From the NCBI GenBank assembly GCA_964517675.1, contig CAZFEL010000001.1:9339-73338 (forward strand): DNA of 64,000 nt, given 5' to 3'. Of this stretch, positions 8,616 through 15,968 are shown piece after piece. Position 1 is the stretch's first letter, and each line of letters opens with the position of its first letter. This DNA comes from an uncultured archaeon. Lineage in GTDB: Archaea > Nanohalarchaeota > Nanosalinia > Nanosalinales > Nanoanaerosalinaceae. A program made the position numbers and the translations under genes. The notes below the pieces were generated by a model that was given only the letters and a program-made list of their open reading frames with translations, was not told where the DNA came from and did not search any database.

Positions 8616-8639
8616 GCGGTCCAAATCCGCTCGGACCCA
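8616..8639 (+). repeat. partial copy of the tRNA-Val 3' end (T-arm plus acceptor 3' strand, 24 nt, 1 mismatch)
   Basis: GCGGTCCAAATCCGCTCGGACCCA versus tRNA GCGGTTCAAATCCGCTCGGACCCA. Lies about 58 nt downstream of the tRNA. Confidence 0.8.
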
Positions 8640-8715
8640 CTCCTACGCGGAGTGGACACGCGAGATGCGGGACACACGGTCCCGCCTCAGAGACGATCTT
8701 TCTCTCTTCCTGCAC

Positions 8716-9567
8716 TCAGTCGACGTAGCGGCTGCGTTCATCGACCTCTGTGATGACGATGCCATCGCCCTCGATTGTCTCCGGACAGCTTTCACGCTGC
8801 TGGACCGATATCTCGGAGGTCTCGACCACGCCAACCATATCCTCGGGCGAAACCGGATTCCGGGCGGTAACGGTCACAGTCTCGGTCGTGCGGGCGCCGA
8901 TTGTGTCGATCCTGTCCTCATAATACACGTCGGACCGTCGCATTGAATCATTGTAGTAAAAGCAGGCCTCGTACTCCGGGAGATCGGCCGACCGCGGGAA
9001 GATGAACCCGTTCTCGACCGTCATCGTCCCGAGGGCGACATCGTACTCCTGGTAGTCGGCTGTCTCGTAGAGGTCGGTCTCGTAGGTCACCGGCGGTCCG
9101 AGGAGCTCGATCCCCACCAGGACGAGGGCAAGGACACCGATGCCCGCGAAAAGCTTCTTCGCCCTGTCCCACCCGATCTCCAGTCGATCTTCCCGGATCA
9201 GGTAGCCGAGCGCGATGAACAGAACAGACGAGACCGCAAGGAACAGAAAGGTCTGGTCCGTCGAGAACGTGAAGGTGAGGGCAGTGTACAGGAAAAAGCT
9301 CAGGTACGATGCAGCGCCAAGTAGATGACACAGCGTGGCGAGGAGGGACTGGCGTACCACGAGGCCGGCCGTGATGAACCCGCAGAACCCGAGGAACAGG
9401 AGGAATGATTTCGTCGCTGTCGAGAGACCGAACAAGAAGGCACGACCGAAGTAAAGGACTGCTACCACCCCAAAGACGGCTCCTACCCCGTACATGATCG
9501 TGGTGGCATCGACGTCGAGGTCCATACCATATCTGGGGGACCAGTGGTTTTTATACCACAAGGTCAT
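8716..9567 (-). CDS. polytopic membrane protein (hypothetical)
   Basis: 283-aa ORF with multiple hydrophobic helices followed by a hydrophilic C-terminal domain. Alternative start at M15. Confidence 0.55.
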   Translation of the reverse strand: MTLWYKNHWSPRYGMDLDVDATTIMYGVGAVFGVVAVLYFGRAFLFGLSTATKSFLLFLGFCGFITAGLVVRQSLLATLCHLLGAASYLSFFLYTALTFTFSTDQTFLFLAVSSVLFIALGYLIREDRLEIGWDRAKKLFAGIGVLALVLVGIELLGPPVTYETDLYETADYQEYDVALGTMTVENGFIFPRSADLPEYEACFYYNDSMRRSDVYYEDRIDTIGARTTETVTVTARNPVSPEDMVGVVETSEISVQQRESCPETIEGDGIVITEVDERSRYVD

Positions 9568-9627
9568 CGGTAGTTGTCATCGTTCCGTGGCAAAACTTAT
9601 TTGAGAGTGGAACGGTACTGGTAGGGT

Positions 9628-10512
9628 ATGGAGGACCTATCGCGACGATCGATCCTCAAGGGGCTCGGTGCCGCGGCCGCAGGCGGGGCCGTCGGCGGTC
9701 TCGGTGGAGCGTACACGCTGATGATCGAGGAAAAGACCGACAACGACCTCCCGCTGCAGTTCGACATCTATCAGACCGCGGAGATGGCAGAGCTCGCGGA
9801 GCTGTACAGGAAGGATACGACCCACGCACAGGATGTCGTCGCGACGCACGTGGAGGATGCCTTCGATGACCTCCTCGACCGGGCGGGGATCGACGGGAGC
9901 GTCGAGACCAGCGTCATCGAGGAACCCATCGAGATGCATGAGGACTATGACAGCACAAGTGGATTGGCCGAGGACTGGTACAACGAGATCGATGGCCGGG
10001 AGGACGCCGCGAGTCACGGCAACCTGCTGATCCATGAGGAGTACTATCCCGATGCCCTTGGGGAAGGAGAAGGTGGATGGGAGGGCCTCACCGGGCATGT
10101 CGAGGCGTGCGGGACATCGGGGTCGACCTCCGAGGCCTCGGTCCTCGGGAAGGGCTATCAGCTGTTCTCCATCGAGCCCGGCGAGGTCCGGGAGAACGTT
10201 GCCTGGCGCCTCTATGACGACGGAGACGATGAGGTCGTTCCCACGGCACCAGGACCCGGCAGGGTCGCGATATCCGGCGTCCACGAGCTCGGACACAACA
10301 GCTGCCTGGGGCACGAGCACGGTGACCTGTGGATCAGGGGAGACGGCGATGACAGGCAAGCGGAGGTGTCCGTGATGATGGGCGCATACTACAACGACGA
10401 GGACGAGATCCACGATGATGTCCCAGACGTCCGGGATACCGATGACATCTATATGACGAACAGGTTCAGCGAGCGGGCTGTGGCCGAGATAGCCACCCGG
10501 TACGGCGACTGA
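9628..10512 (+). CDS. Tat-signal secreted putative zinc metallopeptidase (HExxH...H)
   Basis: N-terminal twin-arginine motif SRRSILKGLGAAAAG. HELGHNSCLGHEHGD resembles a metzincin-like zinc site. Confidence 0.55.
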   Translation: MEDLSRRSILKGLGAAAAGGAVGGLGGAYTLMIEEKTDNDLPLQFDIYQTAEMAELAELYRKDTTHAQDVVATHVEDAFDDLLDRAGIDGSVETSVIEEPIEMHEDYDSTSGLAEDWYNEIDGREDAASHGNLLIHEEYYPDALGEGEGGWEGLTGHVEACGTSGSTSEASVLGKGYQLFSIEPGEVRENVAWRLYDDGDDEVVPTAPGPGRVAISGVHELGHNSCLGHEHGDLWIRGDGDDRQAEVSVMMGAYYNDEDEIHDDVPDVRDTDDIYMTNRFSERAVAEIATRYGD

Positions 10513-10602
10513 GCGATGGCGGTCAAGGGCCGGTCTCGCCCGGGACGACCGGCAGACCGATACCAAACTTTTTATGGACCTCTGCCGCATATACTAGGGC
10601 AG

Positions 10603-10950
10603 ATGCCCTCATACAAGCAGTCCATCGTCCTCAGGAAGGACCTTGGACTGAGTGAGGGCAAGAAAATAGCGCAGGCCTGCCATGCCTCTCTTGGATCGGT
10701 CAAAAAGGTCGATGACGATACCGTTCGATCCTGGGAGGACGCAGGAGCAAAGAAGGTCGCTCTCCTTGCGGATGATGAGCAGATGATCGTCCGTCTGTTC
10801 GAGGAGGCAAAGAAAGCAGGTCTTCCGGCGTACCTTGTCCAGGATGCCGGTCGGACAGAACTTGACCCCGGTACGACGACGTGCCTGGGGATCGGTCCAG
10901 GGACCGAGGACGCACTCGATAGGATAACAGAACAACTGGAACTTGTGTGA
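10603..10950 (+). CDS. pth: peptidyl-tRNA hydrolase, archaeal type (Pth2)
   Basis: KQSIVLRKDLGLSEGKKIAQACHAS ... TTCLGIGPG matches Pth2. 115 aa from the internal ATG at 10603. Confidence 0.9.
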   Translation: MPSYKQSIVLRKDLGLSEGKKIAQACHASLGSVKKVDDDTVRSWEDAGAKKVALLADDEQMIVRLFEEAKKAGLPAYLVQDAGRTELDPGTTTCLGIGPGTEDALDRITEQLELV

Positions 10951-10956
10951 TACACG

Positions 10957-12123
10957 ATGAGTGATGACATGGAACAGCTGCCGACATGGGCCTACAGGTC
11001 CGAGACACGTGGCGTCGGCGGGAAGATCAAAGAGCAGATCGAGGACTTCGTGGTCGAGGAGGTCGCGGACCACGACATCGGCTCCGGCGAGCATCTCATC
11101 TTCACCCTCACCAAGCATAATCTTACTACGATGGCTGCGATCAAGGAGCTCTCGGACATGTTGCATGTCTCCCGCGAGCGGTTCGGGTACGCAGGCAACA
11201 AGGACAAGCGGGGCGTGACCACGCAGTACGTCTCCGTCCGGGGACTGGACGAGGAAGACTTGAACCGCGTGTTCATGCCGAACCTCGAGATCGAGGTCGT
11301 CGGGACGGGCGATCACATCGCCCTGGGTGATCTCGACCACAACAACTTCAACATCACGATCCGGTCGATCAACCTGCCCGACAGCGCGATCGAGGACCGG
11401 ATGACGAGCATAATGGATGAGCTGGACGGATGGATTCCGAACTACTTCGGGGACCAGCGGTTCGGCTCGACGCGACCGATAACACACCAGGTCGGCCGGG
11501 AGATCCTGAAGGGCAACTTCGAGGAGGCTGTCTGGACGTACATCGCGAAGCCATACGACCAGGAGTATGACAAGGTCCGGAAGGTCCGGGAAGACCTCTG
11601 GGAGACCAGGGACCCCGAGCGGAAGGCAGAGAAGTTCCCGGAGCAGTACAGATACGAGAAGACCCTGCTGTACCATATCTCACAGAACGAGGATGATTAC
11701 AAAGGCGCCATCAAGCGGCTGCCCGAGGGACTCCAGAAGCTTTTCATCCATGCATACCAGTCCTATGTCTTCAACATCGCCCTCAACGAGCTCATCGAGG
11801 ACGGGTTCGACGATACCGATGCCGAACTCCCGCTGGTCGGGTACAAGACCTCCCTGCGGGAGGACAAGGAAGGCGACAGCAGGATCGCGGAGATCCTCGA
11901 AGAGGAAGGTATCGAGCAGGAGGACTTCAAGCTCAGGGAGTTCCCGGAGATGCGCTCAGAGGGCGACTATCGGAAGTGCCTGGTCCCGGTGGACGGATTC
12001 GAGGTCACGGAGGTCGGCGAGGACGACCTGAACCTGAACAAGAACAAGGCCGAGGTGGCGTTCAACCTCGGGAAGGGCAGCTATGCGACGGTGTTCTTGC
12101 GCGAGCTGATGAAGGAGGACTGA
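10957..12123 (+). CDS. truD: tRNA pseudouridine(13) synthase TruD
   Basis: FGYAGNKDKRGVTTQ TruD/Pus7 catalytic motif. 388 aa. Confidence 0.9.
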   Translation: MSDDMEQLPTWAYRSETRGVGGKIKEQIEDFVVEEVADHDIGSGEHLIFTLTKHNLTTMAAIKELSDMLHVSRERFGYAGNKDKRGVTTQYVSVRGLDEEDLNRVFMPNLEIEVVGTGDHIALGDLDHNNFNITIRSINLPDSAIEDRMTSIMDELDGWIPNYFGDQRFGSTRPITHQVGREILKGNFEEAVWTYIAKPYDQEYDKVRKVREDLWETRDPERKAEKFPEQYRYEKTLLYHISQNEDDYKGAIKRLPEGLQKLFIHAYQSYVFNIALNELIEDGFDDTDAELPLVGYKTSLREDKEGDSRIAEILEEEGIEQEDFKLREFPEMRSEGDYRKCLVPVDGFEVTEVGEDDLNLNKNKAEVAFNLGKGSYATVFLRELMKED

Positions 12124-12132
12124 CCGAAGCCC

Positions 12133-12139
12133 TTTAAAT
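12133..12139 (+). promoter_or_regulatory. TATA-box-like element upstream of the GT2 gene
   Basis: TTTAAAT 26-32 nt upstream of ATG 12165 (leaderless geometry). Confidence 0.3.
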
Positions 12140-12164
12140 GACTGGTTTATAAACTGATCCTGGT

Positions 12165-13391
12165 ATGCTCATCTGGATCGCCTGGATCGTCATCGCTGTC
12201 ACCCTGTTCATGTCCCTGTTCTGGCTGAACGTGTTACAGCAGGAAAACACCGAGGTACGGGCGTTCCCGGAGCCCCAGCGGTTCCCGTCGGTCTCTGTCC
12301 TCATCCCGGCCTACAACGAGGAAGAGACACTCGCGGCCTCGATCGATTCCGTCCTCGAACAGGACTACGACGGCGATATCGAGGTCATCGTGATCAATGA
12401 CGGCTCGACGGACCGGACGAAAGAGATAGCACAGGAGTACGCCGATGATGGTCGGATCACACTCATCGATCAGGACAACCAGGGCAAGGGCGGGGCGCTG
12501 AACTCGGGGCTCGAGCACGCCGACAACGAGCTCGTCTCCGTGCAGGACGCTGACTCGGTCATCGAGCCGGATGCGTTCCGGAAGATGGTCGGTCACTTCT
12601 CCGATGACACTGTGGCAGGGGTCATCGCCGGTATCAAGCCCCTGGAGACGGACACGATCTGGAAGAAGTTCCAGCGGATCGAGTACCTGCTCGGTATCCT
12701 GTACAGGAAGCTGATGGCGATCATCAAGACACTGTATGTGACACCGGGAGCGCTGTCGCTGTACAGGCGGGACCTGATCGAGGAGTCGGGAGGGTTCGAC
12801 GATGATAACCTGACCGAGGACCTCGAGATCGCCCTGCGGATGAAAAAGCATGGCTACGATATCGAGATGTCTGCACCGGCGATCACGCGGACGGAGTTCC
12901 CTGCCGGCTTCCGCGACCTGATGCACCAGCGGATACGGTGGTACCGCGGGCTGATCAACAACACCCTGCGGTACCGTGAGATGATCTTCAACCCGGAGTA
13001 CGGCCTCTTCGGTATGTTCCAGATGCCGCTCCACATCGTGTTCCCGTTCGCCGCGATGATCGGGGCGTTCATGATGCTGTTCGGTATCGGGTCGATCGTG
13101 TTCGACCTGCTGATCTGGCTGAGCTCCGCCGGGCTGACGTTCACCAACCCCTTCGCCGGGTACACTCTGTACAAGGCCTTCCTGTCGTTCAACGTCAAGG
13201 TGTACTTCCCGCTGCTGATCGGTGCGTCCCTGGTGGCAGCGCTGGTCTACCTGTCGCATAAGTACACGGACGAGGAGCTGAAGCACCCGCTCTCGATTGT
13301 CGGATTTTTTATATGTTACTACACGATCTTGGGTGTGTTCTGGTGCCTCGCGGTTGGCACGGAACTGACACGACGTGAGAAACGATGGTAG
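12165..13391 (+). CDS. family 2 glycosyltransferase, processive type (IcaA/PgaC/cellulose-synthase-like) with flanking TM helices
   Basis: GT2 core (VLIPAYNEEE, INDGSTD, DAD) with a QRIRW (QxxRW) motif, an N-terminal TM helix and C-terminal TM helices. Confidence 0.85.
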   Translation: MLIWIAWIVIAVTLFMSLFWLNVLQQENTEVRAFPEPQRFPSVSVLIPAYNEEETLAASIDSVLEQDYDGDIEVIVINDGSTDRTKEIAQEYADDGRITLIDQDNQGKGGALNSGLEHADNELVSVQDADSVIEPDAFRKMVGHFSDDTVAGVIAGIKPLETDTIWKKFQRIEYLLGILYRKLMAIIKTLYVTPGALSLYRRDLIEESGGFDDDNLTEDLEIALRMKKHGYDIEMSAPAITRTEFPAGFRDLMHQRIRWYRGLINNTLRYREMIFNPEYGLFGMFQMPLHIVFPFAAMIGAFMMLFGIGSIVFDLLIWLSSAGLTFTNPFAGYTLYKAFLSFNVKVYFPLLIGASLVAALVYLSHKYTDEELKHPLSIVGFFICYYTILGVFWCLAVGTELTRREKRW

Positions 13392-14062
13392 TGACGAAAT
13401 ACGACTTCATCAAGGTCATCCTCGCGACCGCAGCAGTGTTCCTCGTGGGGCTCAGCATGGGATACATGTTCGATACCTCGCGTGTGAGCTATCTCTCCGG
13501 AGAACTGCAGGAATCGACCCTGGAGACGGAATCCTTTGTTGTCGGGCAGGCCTACCTGGACGCTGTCGAGGATCAACAGCGTTTCTGCTCGCTGATGGAC
13601 GACCAGATATACGAGACCGCGGACAAGACCCAGGAGCTCGGGACAGACCTGCAGAACTTTGGGAGCGCAGGGATGTTCCGCCAGGGAGACTATGACTACC
13701 TCGAGAGCCGTTACTACCTCTACGAGATACGGTTCATGCTGATGGTCGAGCGATACCGGGAGGAATGTGACAAGGATGTCGTCAGCATCATGTACTTCTT
13801 TTCGGACAACATCCAGTCCCAGCGCCAGGGCAACGTGTTGACGGAGTTCCGGGAGGCCAACCAGGGCCGGATCTTCGTGTTCAGCTTCGATGTCGAGTCC
13901 GACAACACCTCCGCGGTCAACATGATCAAGCAAGATCACAACGTGACCTCGACCCCGACCCTGGTCATCAACAAAGACAAAAAGATCGACGGGTACGCCT
14001 CCCGGACCGAGCTCCGTCAGGCAGTACAAGAGTATATTAATCTTGACGGTGGTGATAGCTGA
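13385..14062 (+). CDS. membrane-anchored extracytoplasmic protein (hypothetical), translationally coupled to the GT2
   Basis: ATG overlaps the GT2 stop (ATGGTAG). N-terminal TM helix. The C-terminus (TPTLVINKDKKIDGY) is thioredoxin-fold-like. Confidence 0.5.
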   Translation: MVVTKYDFIKVILATAAVFLVGLSMGYMFDTSRVSYLSGELQESTLETESFVVGQAYLDAVEDQQRFCSLMDDQIYETADKTQELGTDLQNFGSAGMFRQGDYDYLESRYYLYEIRFMLMVERYREECDKDVVSIMYFFSDNIQSQRQGNVLTEFREANQGRIFVFSFDVESDNTSAVNMIKQDHNVTSTPTLVINKDKKIDGYASRTELRQAVQEYINLDGGDS

Positions 14063-14063
14063 T

Positions 14064-14477
14064 ATGGGACTCCGCGATATGATCGGTCAGGAGGACGTCG
14101 CACTCCTCATCGTGCTGGCAGGGGTCATCGGTGTCGTCGTCCTGATGAGCCCGTCCGGCGGCAGCAGCTATGAACCCTCACAGTTCTGCAAGGATGTCGC
14201 GACCGAGACAGAGGCCAACTACACCAGTGCGGTCGACAGCATCGAGTGCCGCTGTGAGTCCGGCAAGAGCTATGAGAAACGGGTGAACACACCCGATAAG
14301 GTGGCGAACGTGACAGATATCAACGATGTCCTGGTCTGCGATGTCACCTACGGAGACCGCGAAAAGCAGCTCGTTTATCCACTCCTTCAGATCAACGAGA
14401 CGAAATACGATACCTACAACGGCACAGGGAACCTGAGCCGGGAGAATCTCACAAGCCGGCGGGATATCGTCGGGTAG
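14064..14477 (+). CDS. membrane-anchored secreted protein with multiple N-glycosylation sequons (hypothetical)
   Basis: Start at the ATG 2 nt after the upstream stop. One TM helix followed by a Cys-containing domain with NxT/NxS sequons. Confidence 0.45.
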   Translation: MGLRDMIGQEDVALLIVLAGVIGVVVLMSPSGGSSYEPSQFCKDVATETEANYTSAVDSIECRCESGKSYEKRVNTPDKVANVTDINDVLVCDVTYGDREKQLVYPLLQINETKYDTYNGTGNLSRENLTSRRDIVG

Positions 14478-14483
14478 TATCGA

Positions 14484-15464
14484 TCAGTCCTCGGCCTCGA
14501 TGTTGCCGACCTCCTTGGTGAGGATCAACCTGTTCTTCCTGCCTTCCTTGACCTTCTCGATCAGGTTCCGCTCCTTGAGGTCGGTCACCAGCCGGGAAAC
14601 CTTCGCCTTCGAATAGTCCAGGTTCTCGACGAGAGCCTTCTGCTCGCAGTCCCCGTCCTGGTCGATGATGTATCTCAGTGCTTCCTGTTCATCGTCCTTC
14701 AAGACAGGCATTATCGATGCGATGGTATCTCCTTCGTCCTGTCGGCGCTTCACGTAGATATACAGGGCAAGGGACATCAGTACGAGGATGAGGGCGGCGA
14801 CAAAGGAGAGGTGGTCGGGAAAGATGTCTTCGAAGACACGGAGTTCCTGGTACTTGATCTGGTACCGCTGGACATCACCCAGGCCCAGATCCTGTTCCTC
14901 CCACGTGACGGTGAACTGGCGGCCGCCCTCGTCACTGCCGCGCAGGGCATCCGGAGGACTGAGCGGTTCGACGTTTTCCTCCTCGAGCAGGCCATAGCCC
15001 TCCGGCAGGATGACACGGAGCCGGTATCTGTCCGTCGGGATGAGGATCCGCTGGACATGGGTGAACTCCAGGTAGCCCTCTTGCTGGGACAGATCGTTCG
15101 GTGTGGTGTACTCGACCGTCACGTTGTAGGTCGTGTTGAACGATGCCGGATCACACAGGATCTCGCTGTCGACATCGTTGAACTCACAGTCGAGTTCATT
15201 GCCCTGGGAATCATGTGCCTGGAGCTGCTGGGGCGAATGACCGGCCGGTATCAGCAAGGAGACCCGTTCGGAGGTCAGTTCGGAGTAATTGACATTGATC
15301 ATGACCTCCGTCTGTTCGCCCAGCCGGATGATCTCTTCCTCGGACTCGATCGTCGTCGCCGAGGCCGTCCCGAAGAAGGCGATGAGAAAGACAAAGACGA
15401 CACCGAGGCGGACCAACGAACAGGCCCGTCGGTCGAGGGACGAACGACAGCCATCCGGAGACAT
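14484..15464 (-). CDS. membrane-bound transcriptional regulator (extracellular domain, TM helix, cytoplasmic winged-helix HTH)
   Basis: Signal/TM at the N-terminus, a second TM (FVAALILVLMSLALYIYV), and a C-terminal wHTH (ALVENLDYSKAKVSRLVTDLKERNLIEK) of TrmB/MarR type. Confidence 0.6.
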   Translation of the reverse strand: MSPDGCRSSLDRRACSLVRLGVVFVFLIAFFGTASATTIESEEEIIRLGEQTEVMINVNYSELTSERVSLLIPAGHSPQQLQAHDSQGNELDCEFNDVDSEILCDPASFNTTYNVTVEYTTPNDLSQQEGYLEFTHVQRILIPTDRYRLRVILPEGYGLLEEENVEPLSPPDALRGSDEGGRQFTVTWEEQDLGLGDVQRYQIKYQELRVFEDIFPDHLSFVAALILVLMSLALYIYVKRRQDEGDTIASIMPVLKDDEQEALRYIIDQDGDCEQKALVENLDYSKAKVSRLVTDLKERNLIEKVKEGRKNRLILTKEVGNIEAED

Positions 15465-15508
15465 AGTAGCACAGTTGCCGTGTCTGGAATATAAATATTG
15501 TCAGGCGG

Positions 15509-15922
15509 TCACTGCTCGCTGTCCCGGGAGATCATCATGCCGCCGGCCCCTGATTGCAGGAATTTCTGCATCATCTCGGCGACGAGGTTGAGCGCATCCT
15601 GTGCCTCACCGAGATCGAGCCGGATCTGTTCGGGTCCACGGACCTCGATCATGGTCGGGCCGTAGTTCATGATGATCTCGATCAGGGTTGCGAAGTCCTC
15701 AACATCGCACTCGATCTCACAGACCTGAGAGTATCCCTTCTCCAGGGAAGGATGCGGTTTCTCGACCTCCTCGACCTCCTCGAAGTCTTCACTCGTCAGC
15801 TCGACCGCCTCCATGCTATCGAGCTTGTCGATGTGATCGCGGAGGGACTCGACGGCCGCATCCTCCGTCTTCGCGAGGACCTCGAAGATCATCCAGGTCT
15901 GGATGCCGTTGTCAGTGCTCAT
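15509..15922 (-). CDS. hypothetical acidic protein
   Basis: ORF 15509..15943 with ATG at 15922. Acidic, no recognisable motif. Confidence 0.45.
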   Translation of the reverse strand: MSTDNGIQTWMIFEVLAKTEDAAVESLRDHIDKLDSMEAVELTSEDFEEVEEVEKPHPSLEKGYSQVCEIECDVEDFATLIEIIMNYGPTMIEVRGPEQIRLDLGEAQDALNLVAEMMQKFLQSGAGGMMISRDSEQ

Positions 15923-15968
15923 CGGTGCATCACTTCGTACCAACGCTTACATGTCCGTTCCTGACCGA

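Noticed and set aside
8614-8946. 110-aa plus-strand ORF next to tRNA-Val
   Set aside because: It starts inside the tRNA 3'-fragment copy and overlaps the better-supported minus-strand membrane protein. There is no motif support.
10609-11676. 355-aa minus-strand ORF
   Set aside because: Antisense shadow of truD and pth. Its composition is dominated by L/V/R/D with no motifs, while the sense-strand genes have clear signatures.
12234-13286. 350-aa minus-strand ORF
   Set aside because: Antisense to the GT2 gene with its clear motifs. Shadow ORF.
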